DNA of 64,000 nucleotides from Utricularia gibba (Eukaryota > Plantae > Magnoliophyta). A program made the translations under genes and the position numbers. Under the pieces are notes generated by a model. It saw nothing but the letters and a program-made list of their open reading frames with translations, ran no database searches and was not told where the DNA came from. Within the stretch, counting starts at the first letter, position 1. Each line of letters starts with the position of its first letter. The stretch lies in contig NEEC01000007.1 of the NCBI GenBank assembly GCA_002189035.1, positions 2,294,001 to 2,358,000 of the forward strand. Reading direction: 5' to 3'. Shown here one piece after another: positions 48,301-61,768 of this stretch.

Positions 48301-49028
48301 GAATGCTAGAATCTGTTTTTGCTTATGCCAACTCACACCTTGAAGGTCAATGTTCTTCAACAGTTTCACCTGCAAAATTCATATCCAAAAGAGTCAGCAC
48401 CTACATGCCTCTCTTGTTCCTATAAAATCTCAATGCTTCTTTGAATATCTGATGCTCTCTTGGCTAAACTGGTCAAGCTGCAACCCAGAGTAAAACTCCA
48501 AACACGAAACCAACTTAATAAAATTAAATCTTGCAGAGTCAGCAACACACACATCAAAAAACTAAAGCAAATCGTTGAGTAGAGTAATTACATCAGCAGG
48601 CTGGAAAAGCGGTTTCAAAGACCGACTCAAAGCAGCTTGATAGACTGCGGATAAAACGCCTACATCTCCCTGCCCAAGTAAAGCAGCATCCTGTTCCTCT
48701 ACTGCATCCGCTGGATTATCTACTTCAAAAGGTACGGGACTAAATACAGTTCCCTGCAATCATTTCTTTCATCACCACCACTACGACAACCCGCGACCCG
48801 GAAAAAAAAAAAGAATCAAAACATTCAAATCAGAGAATTACGAGTATTTTTCCATATGTATTTCGTGCTTGATCATTACTAAGGCTGTCCGCAGTAACTG
48901 AACAGAAGAGCATTTCACATAAGATTCAATCGAGGCGGATTCGTGAAAATACTGAAATGAAGCGGCATACCAAACTCTCTGTTGATTTCGCAGATAGTAA
49001 CGCTGCCTGGCTGCGGGAATGAAGGCAT
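45345..49028 (-). CDS. ALADIN: ALADIN (AAAS) WD40 nucleoporin
   Basis: Motifs MPSFPQPGSVTICEINR, LEWRPNGGR, WSPDGR/YLAS, LLKWSPSGDY, WDASGERLAVS and CWSSGICCTYPL. Contains an AT-AC intron at 47755-47312. Confidence 0.92.
47312..47755 (-). other. U12-type AT-AC intron in ALADIN
   Basis: 5' splice site ATATCCAC, branch point TTCCTTGAC (47330-47322), 3' end AC. Splicing restores WSPDGR-YLASASFANSSFTIWD in frame. Confidence 0.88.
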
Positions 49029-49989
49029 CTCTGCGCCGAGGTCTCTTATCGGACTGTAGAACTGAGAATCGGAGCGCAGTCGAAGGGGGTGAGTGGCGGC
49101 ATGTTTATATATAAATTTAAAAATTAACAAAATTAAATTAAAAATTCACGGTGCCCATTTTAAAATCAATATCATTAAAATAACTCAAAAAAATATTATT
49201 CGAATAAAAACAATAACTATATTTAAAAATTAACTTAAAATATTAATTTTAAATAAAATGTTTTATTATATTACAATTCTAATTCCAGATAATATAAAAA
49301 CTGATTCAGAATTTTTATTTACATTTTCGAATAGTTTAGAATTTAAAAACTATTCATTTATTTTTTTCCATTCTCAATATCGTGACCAAAATATGCATTG
49401 CATGAGTTGGGCCCCTGACGGGCAAGACAAACGAGACAAACAAGGTGACAAGGACAAGTATTGTATTATAAAATTGGTCATTGTATTTTAAATATATGAA
49501 AAAAAATATTTTATATATAAAAATTTATTTTTAGTATGTGATAAAGAATGATAAACCCGGTCCAACTTGCACCCAGCAACGCCATGTGAAGCTGAAAAAT
49601 AGGCGCAAACTTCGTTGCCGGCGGCTTCGTCAAATCGCCCTGCTGCTCCCAATTTTTCATCCAGGATTTGTGCGCTTCAAGGGGCTTGATCTGTTGATGA
49701 ATGCGAGTGAGTTAGTGAGTTCCAAGGAGAGTGGAGACCAAGTGGGTTGGATTAGACTTGTGTGTATATCAGGTAACTGACTTGTACAACAAATCCCTTA
49801 GGACCAAATGCTGCTGTTGAATCAATGAATTGGAGAGTTGGGCATGAAATTCAAGCGAACAAGAGGAGAATGGATCATCTTGGGACAGAAACAAGAATCA
49901 TTTTCCTGTAAAAGATTGTGTTCTAAGTGTGGCTTCATCCAAAACAAAGGAGAGGAGTTTTTGTGTCCCTTAATGCGAACAGCAATCGA

Positions 49990-50819
49990 CTATGAATCAT
50001 CACCACCGCCTGGAAAAAGATTTAGAAGTTTTGTCTCTTTCTTTGGTTCCAAATCTTCATTGGACGCCGGCTGCTGTATGAGTGTCGCAGTACCAGTAGG
50101 AGATATCATCGGGACTTGTGCGGGTGACTGGGAGTGGGGATGCTTCAACTGCCCTTTTGGAGGGGACCCACTTCCGAGCTGCCGGAAATGGTGCGGCAAC
50201 GGAGGCAAAGCTCGCATCTGGGTGTGGTGTGGCCTCGGCACCGGCACAGACGGGCTGAAACGATCGGAATTAGCCGGCGGCACCGGCGAGCTAGCGAATG
50301 AGGGATCAGTTGTGGCTGGCTCCATCGCCATCACAGGGCTACTACCAGCGCTGTTGGGCATCTCCTCCATTCGTTTCAAATATAGCCTATACTTCTGCAA
50401 GTGGCTCGAAACATGTTCCCTAGTCAACCCATCAACGTCCATCAACTCCACAATCGCCCTCGGGACAGCGGTCTTAACCCCCAACTGCGTCACCGCGTCA
50501 ACGAATTTCGTATGCAGCTCAGGTGTCCAAATCAGGCGGGAGCGCTTCGATGTCCTCAGCAATTCATCAGACCCTGATCCGCCACTGGGTCCGTCGGCGA
50601 CGACACCGGCCTCCGGCGAGTCAAGTTCAGCGGAGGAGACACGCGGCGGCGGAGCGGGAGTTTGCGTTTCTTGGGACCCGGAATGTCGAAAGCTGATGCG
50701 AGTTCTGGAGTTATTAGAGATTGGGAAATGGGTACAAGTTCCTCAGGCGACGGTAGCTCCTCTTCCCATTCAGAAAACCAATTAGCATTGCAATCCTCTT
50801 CCTTCATTTTCTTGTACAC
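49990..50819 (-). CDS. PCL1/LUX ARRHYTHMO/BOA-like GARP-MYB transcription factor; 1-nt frameshift near 50673-50679 as assembled
   Basis: The N-terminal EWEEELPSPEELVPISQSLITPELASAFDI lies in one frame; SSAELDS..GSGSDE-LRTSKRSRLIWTPELH..LTREHVSSHLQKYRLYLKRM lies in the next frame. The family is normally intronless. Confidence 0.88.
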
Positions 50820-51546
50820 TCCCCTGTTTTTCAGAATGAAAGAATATACTGCTGCGATGGATCAAGATTTCTTCTGCTACCGAGACAAGAAAGCAACACC
50901 AGAGAAATCAGAATCCCCACTCTAGAGTTTCACCATAACCCAGTAGAGAAAAATGGCGAACTCAACCAAAAAGAATGAATCATTCAGACTGTGGGCACCC
51001 TCCCTCCCTCCCACTCATCCAAATCAAGAAAAGTGTAAACCCCAATGAAGAAAGAAAACGGAAGAAAACGATAGAGATGATGCGACGCTGTTTTGATTCG
51101 TCCAACACAAACTCCCATTATAATAGGATTGTTCCTTCCTCTCGGAGTCTCATCATGTGGAAGATTCTATTTTCTGGGAATCGAGTGACCGACCCCCCAT
51201 TCGAAAGACAGCAACTTCAATGCCACCCCATCCCATCCCCTAACCGTCATTTTTGGATGTCGTCGTCGAAGTCATCGGAAGGTTCGAATTGCTTACGTAC
51301 CGATAACCGTCGGAACCCTAACGATAGCGTCCCCGGCGGCAAGAGCGCCACCCTCGCCAATTCACTCATTTTCATTCGATTTTTTTTTAAAACAAAAACT
51401 ATTTTTATTATCAAAATTTAATTTTATTATTAATTATTTTGCAATTTCAATCAGAAATTGGCATATCAGATTGGCCTTAAAAAGGGCCCAACTACAGACA
51501 ACGTCAACGGTCAAGTCAGGTTTTCTTTGAGAATCAAGGAAGGGAT

Positions 51547-53635
51547 TCAGGAAACCGGTAAGAGAAACCTCGCCGGCGGCAAGAGCGCCACCGCGCCTCG
51601 TTCGGAGGAACAATATTTTTTGTAAACCCCTCTCAGTGATTGATCCGGTGCCGCGGCCTTGCGATGTAAGCTCACCAGTAGCTTTGCGGAGTCCCTGCTC
51701 CAAAAGAATATTGTGTGACCCAAACAACAACGAAGGATTACAGAAAACGATATTGTAGTTCACTCACATGAGTTGATCCTCGGAGAATCCCGTGTGGCAT
51801 TTGAGCGTTTCTGTCCAATAGGGCGTCACTTCGAGCGTGCAACGAGCGGCGTAGACTGCCGAGGCAGCAATCAGGGAGGGAGAATGCATGAGGATCCGGT
51901 AGTTCATCATTCCGAGCTCAGCAAGAAAATGTACCATCTTCGCCACCTGTTCGATGAAAGGTCAGGATGAATCCTCTCAATCACGTATTGCCCTTTCTCT
52001 TACATTCCATTGAATGTTTAATACTACTACTTACATCTGATCCAGTGATGGACGCCTTGATGAAACGAACCAGAAATACATACGGGGTAGGGACAGTTAG
52101 TCGCCATTCCAATTCTCCAAGTATTGTTTTCTCCATTGCGCGAACTTGATGGTGCGCGTAAGCTCCATCTGCTATGGAAACTAGTTCATCCACCTGCACT
52201 CAGGATCAAAGCACACACTTAGTGTTAAATTATCAGTACCCCCCCCCCCCCCTGTTTCTGAACAATGTCGGTACCTCAGGTGCCCAGATTTCCTCATACT
52301 TGGAAGCTAGAAGCAGTGAAGCTAAGCCCACCAACTGAAGTTCTTTTCTTGTTGTTTTTCTAACAGCAAGGTATCTATCAATAATGTTGATTGTGAGGTA
52401 AAAGGTCTCCATGGATAGCTCGAGCCTTTCGTGAACTTGTACCAGCCAGTCGACCAGAATGGCTCTTACTTTTTCGTTTAGTTCTGGCTGAGAATCCATG
52501 TAGTTCTGAACACGGCCTTCATTCTGCAGTACAAAGGAAACTCCGAGTCAAAAAAAGATGTACTTATGTTGCTATTTACTTTCTTGTTTATTGTACTAAA
52601 CATTTACCTCTGCTGACTTGTAGAACTTGTGCATCTCTTCAATGTATTCCACTACAGCCAAGTCATTCTCCAAATCTGCGGCATCGATATCAACTACTTG
52701 CTCCTTGGGCTTACTGCTCATCCCGCAGGCAGCCTGCAGAACAAAATCCCATAAAGAAACCAGCAAACAAAAGCAGGGCATTCACTTTCAATATCAACCA
52801 GTTTCAGGGCTGCAGTGAGACCTTGCTTCTTGCAGTGAGGGCTGCAGAGAAAGTTTTAGTCTTGGTTTTAGAAGATTTCTCCTTGTTCAATGGCTTCTCC
52901 TTAAGCTGTACTTCTCCGGAATCTGAGCCTATTTCAATGATCTCCTCTGTTTTCGGCTTAACAGCATCCTTCTTCTTGGCCGGTTTCCGGGCTACAACTT
53001 TCTTCTTTGGAGGGACTACACCAGCCTTATTTTCAGCTGCGGTTACAGTCACAGCAGCTTGCCCATCGGCTAGCAACTGAGCACAAAAACCCCTGAAACA
53101 AAACGGCCCTAAGACGCCTCATTCGCAGTTGAATGTGAATCAACTCTGAGAGACTTGAAGTACCTTGTAATAGGACGAGATACTTGAGGAAGAGTTTTGC
53201 CATCAACTTCACGAATTACGACCAGATTTCCGATGTCTCCGAGAGCACGCCTACTTTTTCTCTCTACACCAATCTTCTTCACCTTGTTTACTCCCAGTGC
53301 TACTTCTTCTCCTGTAAATCAGTTTCAGTAACAGAACAAGAGTGGAAACTTGGACAAGAAAACATTCGATCAAATTTTCATTACAAAAGCATTAGCGGTT
53401 CTTCTGGGTCGGAGTAAACAACACCCATCCTCACAAAAAATTCTCTGTTTTTTTTCAGGCAGATCTTTAACAGGAAGAATGAAGCGAAAATGCATGAAAA
53501 CGACTTTCTCCAATTCAACGCAATGAATCGCTTCAAAACCACCCAACAAATCCTTCAATTCAACGGAAACAAAAAAGGATCAGAAACATAAAACATACCC
53601 TTTTCGTTCACTTGGGCAACGTTTCTTGACGCCAT
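51547..53635 (-). CDS. CYCB1: B1-type mitotic cyclin
   Basis: D-box RRALGDIGN and cyclin box [32 protein letters not shown]. Last exon [23 protein letters not shown]; stop at 51549-51547. Confidence 0.94.
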
Positions 53636-53746
53636 GGATCACTTCGTTGCAACAACAACTGGATGGAAGGGGAGAAAGAAAATGGCGTAAGAGCGGAGAG
53701 GGGGGCTTTTTAAAACTCAAGACAATTGGATGATCCGATGGCCTCC

Positions 53747-53846
53747 TCCAACGGTCAGTTTCTCCTTGATTCCCAGCCGTTGGATCTCCTTTCGAAACTT
53801 CTCTTCGTATCTAGCCCCTTCAATTGCCGGAAAGTTACCGTTGGGG
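53747..53846. promoter_or_regulatory. Three MSA (mitosis-specific activator, MYB3R-binding) elements in the cyclin B1 promoter
   Basis: TCCAACGGTC (53747-53756, +), TCCAACGGCT (53775-53784, -) and CCCAACGGTA (53837-53846, -) match YCYAACGGY, 110-210 nt upstream of the ATG. Confidence 0.85.
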
Positions 53847-54686
53847 TTATTCGAAACCGGGATACAATTGTCTGCGAGCGAGCGCACCGTAGGGTAGAAC
53901 TCCTTTCATTAAAAGTTTTTATTTATTATATTTCTAGTTGTATTGCCATTATTAATTATTTAAAATTTTGCACAAAAAGATTATTTATAAAGCTTTTTAT
54001 TTCAACTTTTCAAATATGCACATATTACATTTTTTAATTTTTTATATATTTTAAATATATTTATCAAATATAATTTTAATTTTAGTGGTTTTGAAATAAA
54101 TGAAATTTATCAATGTCAATTTAAAAATATGTTATAAGTTCTTTAATTTAATTTTTTATAAATAATATATTTCGAATTTATAAAATTATATATTTTATAT
54201 TTTATATTATCAAAATTAACTGATTTTAACTTTAATATTATTATAATAATGCATCATATTAAACAGTATTTATAATTTACATGCATCTTCTTCTTATAAT
54301 TATATTCTCACTAAATTCCAAAAATCACAAAACACAAATACGATATGACTCTAATAAGGAATTTTAATTCACCTAACTTTATATGCGAATGTGTAAAATC
54401 CTAATACAAAATTTTGTTGGATGTAAAATCAAAATTTTGAAAATTGTTTTGATCTTCATTATATGGTTTTGATAACTTTAGGTTTTTTTTTTTGTAATTT
54501 TGAAAGTCAGATTATTAAACTTTTATAAAACTTGAAATATTTTTCTTGTAATTTTCTGATTTCGAAATAGACACATTCCACCTTGAAGTATAATTGGGAC
54601 TAAATGAATATGTTTCAAGTTTAACACAACACACAGTATAAATGTCATGTATGGGCGGGCCACAGCAGCACCATCATCAATCTTCT

Positions 54687-56943
54687 TCAGATCAGGACAT
54701 CGTCCTCCGGGCCGGCGAGGAACACCTGCCATTTTCATGTCAAACTTCAACAAACTGCAAGTGACAGTTCAAAAGCAAGGAAACGACATTCCAAACTCCC
54801 TACGTTGCATTCAGAAGCGTATTTCCTTGCAAGAATCAGAGCCCCATTTCGCTGTAGCTCAGACTCAAAGACTAGTACAAAGCTCTGTCCTTTCCGGGCT
54901 ACCCAAAACAACGACTTGGCAGCATAGATTCCACCTCCTCTGAATCCGCATAACTGTAGAAAAAAGGTTCAAGCTTTGTGACTTTTGATACACTGTCAAG
55001 AGCAGATGCAGATTGTGTTCTGTGGTGGATTACCTGCATGGAGTTTGAGTATGAATCTCTGGCCTTTGTGATCCATCCTCTCGCAAGCTTGATCTTTGTT
55101 CTTCCCACGTGAAAGGAGTGCATTGAATTCGAAGAATAATTCCGGCCATTCATTTGAGAGATGACTACCTGTGGAACAGGACTTCATTTCAGGAGCCAGA
55201 CTTGACATCAGAGTTTAGTGAAAAAGATCTTTCATACAGTGAAGTCACTGCTTGTCTTTCTGAGAAGTGTGTCCAAATAGCTTTCCAATTCCAAGGCTGT
55301 GTATCAACCAAAACGCATGATCAATCTGCAACATCAATAGCACAGAAGATGGCGGTGAATGTGAGGAGGAAGGAACCTTGCAAAATCGGCTCTCGTGTAC
55401 TGAGGGTAAGCTTAGTCCCATTGGAGGAAATCACCACTTGGAGAACTCGGCCAATGTCAATCGGCTCAGGAGCATAAACAGACTTGGTGGCACCTGAAAT
55501 GACAAGGAACTGAAGTTCAGCATGTTCACAAGATTCATATTAAATGGCCAAAGGTGAGTACCTAAAATAGGTTCTACCCGGCTGCATTGAGATGATAACC
55601 TGAACCACTGGAATGAACATTTTTCGAGCTCTATAGCTGCATCTGGCCGTGGCTGGATCTGCAGAATCGACCCTAATCTCATTGAGCCAATCAGCTCACA
55701 AACTGAGGACATGGTGTTATCAGATGTCCTGCTCATTACCAGCTGCATAGAATGAAAAACGATCAGAAGTATGTGGCACTTTTCATGCTACAGCTTAGGT
55801 GCTTTCTGACCTCATTCTGAAGATTCATTGAAGTAATGCTCTTCATCTTGATCAAGTGTCTGAGCTCTTGAAGCTCGCTTTCCATGTCAGCAACCTGTGA
55901 ACCAAGTACTAGAACTAAAAATGGTGCTCATGTTTTTCAAAAGAACCCTTCAGCTTCCATGCAAACCTTCCAAGGCTGGTGCTTTAGCTTTATTTTCCTG
56001 GCCTGTTGGACCTCCTCGATCAGTTCCTCCAATTCCTACCATGAAAAATCCCTTCAGTTTCATATGAGAGTTCAAGCTTATTGAGAGCATTGGAAATCCT
56101 CCTTGCCTGCTTCTTTCCTGAACCCTGGCTCAGCTCTTGCTCCTCCAGTGCCTCTCGGATTCGTAGTACGACTGCCCTTGCACTCTCTATCTCAGCGCAA
56201 GCGAAAGATTTTTCTCTGCTCACCAACTTTTTAGCATCCTCTGAAGCCTGAAAAACCAACTCCGGTTTTCCAGAATCATATTGCAGCTTAGCTCAGCTAA
56301 ACAGAGTTGGCTCACGGACCTGCTTAAGAAAGTTTACTAGTCTGTTCACTTCAGACTTGGCCTGAATCAGCTCTCCTTCCTTCTGAGTCAACTTGACTGC
56401 CAGAGCCTCAACCTGAACAACTCAGGATTGAAGAAGTGAACTTTAGAGTTGTGAGTTCCTGACAAAAAAATAAGGCTTACCATTGCAATGGCTTTCTGCA
56501 CATCATCTCTGTTATGACGAGGTAATTTTCCCTTCAAACTTTCAAGTGCATCTCTAAGCTTCTTCAGGAGCAAATATCCATCAAAAGATGCCACTTCCTT
56601 GATCTTGCTTTGGTACTGAAGTTATGAAAGAAAGCTTCCAAAACTCGCAAATACAAAAAGACTAGAGATGCTTCATTACAAGCAACATGCAAACTACTAC
56701 CTTCCCAGATAACTTCGCAGCAGAAGCCAAATTCTGGTCGAATTTGCTAGCGAGATCACGAACGGAGAGGCGGCTGTGCTGCTCATTCAGCTGCTTTAAT
56801 TCATGTTCAACTACTAGTGCAAGAGTTGGCCCCTTGAAGTCCTGGTTGATCTCCTCCAAAACTTGGTTATCAGCTCCAAGATTATACTTTGGAAAGTGAT
56901 CAAACTTGAATTTCACATCAACAGAGACACTAATCCTCGTCAT
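54687..56943 (-). CDS. SCAB: Stomatal closure-related actin-binding protein (SCAB family)
   Basis: Motifs RLSVRDLASKFD, LLKKLRDALESLKG, GATKSVYAPEP, KIKLARGWITKAR and FESELQRNGALILARKYA/VFLAGPEDD. Confidence 0.9.
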
Positions 56944-59609
56944 CAGGCCGAGTTCACAGCTCAAGAATCTGCTCCACAGAAAAAGCAAATGCCTGTTGCT
57001 CTCAGAAATGATCCCTGAAGCAAAAGGGCATTCCCCTTTTCTTCATCATCAGCAACTGATTCTGATATCACAAAAAGACGTATCTTTTCATGTGCCTCTT
57101 GACATACAACTGGGAAATGAAGCAAAAAAGCTGCAGAAACTTAACGACCATTGGCAGAAGAAAATGCAGTAGGACCCCTAACACAAACAAAGGATAACAA
57201 CAAGACGGAAGAAACCCCATGTGCTAGCTTTGAAAAATGCCAACTACAAAGTTTCAAAAAACAAAAAAAAAATAAAAAATAAAACCTTCTCTCCATCACC
57301 CACCTCTGCTTCTCCATTGCTCATTACAACACACAGTCTTTTCACAATCCCCTTCATACAATTCTCCATGACAGCACTCAAATAATCTGAATCCAATTCA
57401 TGCCAACCTTCTGCTGCTACAATGGGTGCTCTCCATACCCTCAAATCTGAGCACATACGCAGGCGGAGCATGCACCCGTATCATGGGAACATTGCACATG
57501 CAAGCAATGACTTTGGATAAAGTGTGTGGGCATTCAGATTCAGAAATGCTTGGTCTTTCTTTCTCTTTAATGTATTTGGGGAAAGACAACCAACCTCGCA
57601 AATAATAATAATACGCAATGGCGTTGAAGTGACCACATGGGTCTAAATTGCGACAAGGACCGGACACCCCACCACCGTTTCATCGTTAGTCTGTAGTTAT
57701 CCATGGGATCAAGGTGAAACGCGTCACAAAAAAGGGTATATACGTAATTCACTTGTTCTTTCTGTCCTAAAGAGCTTGGAATTGTGGCTGATGTGTCACT
57801 AACGGTATTAATATCATTCAACCATATATAATTGATTTATTTAATATACATTTATTTTTAAATAACTTTATCAAAAAATTATCATAACTCTATACGTAAT
57901 TAGTATTAATGTTTTAAAAATTATAATTCAACTGCTTTGAATAATAAACCACTTATAATAAGGATTTGATTATTGTAACAAACAAATTTTACATCAGTAT
58001 TTATAAATAAAAAAATAATTATATAAAAAATTTCAAATAATTAGTAATTAATTAGATCTAATTTTTTTTAATAATGTTATCTAAATTTATTATATATTTG
58101 AAAAACATGTATTCATGCGATTTATCGAATCACTAATTTCAATATTGATGAAACTATTTTAAGATATAAAAAAATAAATTATAATTCAATCATGATTTAA
58201 TTATTAGTTGAGCTATAATTAGATCATGATCTAATGATTCAAATTTTATTTTATTTTTTAAAAAACGAAAAAGTTCAATTACAGTTTGAATTACAGTTAA
58301 ATTGTTCAAAATGTAAAAAGCTCATACGAGAGCGGTTGACGGTTCATTTTACATTTTATAACATAGGTCAATATACATTTTATATCTCCCACAATGAAAT
58401 AAACACTAACAATAACATAGTGAAAAACTAAAATGTTGTTAGAAAATCTCGGTCGTTGTTTTGAAAGAGGGAACGAACTGGACAAGCCCATTTGTAAAAC
58501 AGGATGCAATCGTGAATGGGCTGAGGTTTTCAGGCCCAAAAGAGAAATGGGAAGCAAACCCAATGACGTGATAAATAAGAGAATTTTTTTTTCATTCTCG
58601 TTTTATTTTTTTATTTAATTGTCGTTTTTCATTGATTGCATGGCTTTTTTAAAATCAATAAATAGAACGGGCCATGTTTGTTGGAGGATCAATGTGATAT
58701 CAATTGATGTTTGATTTTTCTTTTTAAATATAAATATATATATTCTTGTTGTACATAGTATTTCATTTCGAAGCTGTTAGTAGTATTGAATATTTCTATA
58801 ATTTATATAAATCATTATTAAATATTTCTACACATTTCTCTAAAATTTTGATTAAATATTGATGAATTGTTTTTTCATTTCATTATCAAATAATAATTAT
58901 TTTTTAAAACGCAAGGGCCGGGGCCGCCTTACCAACAATGGACATTCCACCTGACAAGGGCAATATCGACCTTTTACGAATTTCATACCGTTAGGTGAGG
59001 ACACGCTTGTCTCTACTCAATTTGCTTGCTAATCTCATCCTTGTTCCACTCCTCTGCTCCTCACTGCGATCTGCACTGTAGGGCTGAGCAGATCCCTCTC
59101 TATCTCTCAGTCCAGTGTTCGTTTCAAACGCTCAGGGAGGTAATCTTTATGTCAGATGTCCCGTTTTTGAATGCGTGTGTGAACTTTGTTTTGATTTTCC
59201 GTAGATCGAGTTTTTGCAATGAGTGAATCTACATGATTTTTGAAAAGAATATTGATGTCGGTGAATGTATATGTTCCTGTATATGGATGTGTGTAGATCC
59301 GGAATATTTCTGAAACTGGTGTGCAGATCTGAGTTGGATCTGAGATGGGAACTCAGCACTTGGAGGGATTGTGATTTTTGGTGACTGCACATTATGGAAT
59401 TTGTTTGATGTGTCTGCATGAGTATTTTTATGGGTTAAATTCTCCACTTCTTGTTAGAACTTATGTTGCCGTTGTTGATTCGGTGATCTTGATCATGATG
59501 ATGCATTCTTCTTCGGATTTTATCTTCTGCCACAAATGAAAAGTATGCTTTGTTTTGCAATGCCTGTTCTTAAAATGGTTGTGTGCCTTTTTGCTGAGAT
59601 GCAGAGAAA

Positions 59610-61396
59610 ATGAGAGAGATCCTTCACGTTCAGGGAGGGCAATGTGGCAACCAGATTGGTTCGAAGTTCTGGGAGGTTGTCTGTGATGAACATGGCATTG
59701 ATCCAACAGGAAGATATGTCGGAACTTCTGATTTGCAGTTGGAGCGTGTTAATGTTTACTACAATGAAGCTTCATGTGGTAGGTTTGTGCCACGTGCGGT
59801 GCTCATGGATCTGGAGCCTGGAACAATGGACAGCGTCCGCACTGGTCCTTATGGCCAAATATTCCGTCCAGATAACTTCGTCTTTGGTCAGTCTGGTGCT
59901 GGTAACAATTGGGCTAAAGGGCATTACACTGAGGGTGCTGAGCTGATTGACGCAGTTCTTGATGTTGTGAGGAAGGAAGCAGAGAATTGTGATTGTCTTC
60001 AAGGTGAGTACATTCAATTGAAGTATTCACTATCATATGTTGAATTGGAGAAATAAATCTGATCTATCATTTTTTTCTTGCACTTTTTGCTTATAGAAAT
60101 TTCATCTAATCAAACTTTCCTCTATATGCTGTAGAAATTTCATGTATTCTACCTCTCCCTGTGTTTCAGGTTTCCAAGTTTGCCACTCTCTTGGTGGAGG
60201 AACTGGTTCTGGAATGGGGACCTTACTTATCTCTAAGATCAGGGAAGAATACCCTGATAGGATGATGCTTACATTCTCGGTGTTCCCCTCTCCAAAGGTT
60301 TCAGATACAGTTGTTGAGCCATATAATGCTACCCTTTCTGTGCATCAGCTTGTTGAGAATGCAGATGAGTGCATGGTTCTTGACAATGAAGCTTTATATG
60401 ATATCTGCTTTAGGACCCTCAAGCTCACCACCCCTAGCTGTGAGTGTATAGTGTGCCTTGGAAATGTTTTCTTTTTTCTCGTTGTTAACTTATTGTGAAT
60501 TCCCTGCATAGTATGATCTTGTCAGACATATAATTACACACAAAATTGATTGTTTTTCATCCTCGCTAATGCTTGGAAGAGCAGTTCGTTTCTGTTACTT
60601 TCTATATTATGGTTTTGAATGTTGCTGATGGCATGAGGGTCATCAACCTTCGATTAAACCTCTTTGACATGTTTATTTCCACTAAATCATGTTTCTGATT
60701 TCTTGTTTTCTTGCTCATCCAGTTGGTGATCTGAATCATTTGATCTCTGCTACCATGAGTGGAGTGACATGCTGTCTCCGCTTCCCTGGACAACTCAACT
60801 CAGATCTGCGAAAGCTTGCAGTGAACTTGATTCCATTTCCTAGACTGCACTTCTTTATGGTTGGTTTCGCACCGCTGACGTCCCGTGGCTCTCAGCAGTA
60901 CCGTGCCCTCACTGTACCAGAACTCACCCAACAAATGTGGGACTCCAAAAACATGATGTGTGCAGCTGATCCTCGCCATGGACGCTATCTCACTGCATCA
61001 GCCATGTTCAGAGGCAAAATGAGCACCAAGGAAGTAGACGAACAGATGATCAATGTCCAGAACAAGAACTCATCATACTTCGTCGAGTGGATCCCAAACA
61101 ACGTGAAATCCAGTGTCTGTGATATACCACCAAGAGGACTCTCCATGGCATCCACCTTCATAGGCAACTCCACCTCAATCCAAGAAATGTTCAGACGTGT
61201 GAGCGAGCAGTTCACTGCTATGTTCAGGAGGAAGGCTTTCTTGCACTGGTACACCAGTGAAGGTATGGATGAAATGGAGTTCACTGAAGCGGAGAGCAAC
61301 ATGAATGATCTTGTTTCGGAGTACCAGCAATACCAGGATGCTACCGCTGATGATGACGCTGAGTATGAAGAGGAGGAGGAAGAGCCTGTGGCCTGA
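59610..61396 (+). CDS. TUB: Beta-tubulin
   Basis: [15 protein letters not shown]. Exons 59610-60003, 60170-60439 and 60723-61396 at the canonical plant positions; GGGTGSG motif; acidic tail. Confidence 0.98.
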
Positions 61397-61768
61397 GCAC
61401 CGGGAATGCTCTTCCCCTGCAGTAAATCTTCATGTGGTACTCTTATCTTATGTTTCTTTTCTGGTATGCAATTACACTTGTGGAACTCATCCCTCTCGTT
61501 GTGTTTCTTGTGTTGTACTACCTGTGGATTCTTGTCACGAGTGTTGTTGGCGGAGTTTGTTTCTCATTGGCGCAGAAACAAAGTCACAGTAAAGCAAGAA
61601 GAAACACATGAATATAAAAATGGCGAGCATTAGCATAGATATGAGAGTCCTAATTTTTTTTTTTTTTTTGAGCAGTTAAAATAAGAGCCCCAAGCAACTT
61701 CCCATCTGAGGTGCGTTACTGTTACACAAGTAAAAAGAAAAATTACCCGAATATTCAACCAGTACACA

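Noticed and set aside
49838-50785. 315-aa plus-strand ORF antisense to the PCL1-like gene
   Set aside because: Antisense shadow of a GC-rich intronless CDS; no motifs.
57398-57821. Short ORFs upstream of SCAB
   Set aside because: No recognisable homology; consistent with leader or promoter sequence.
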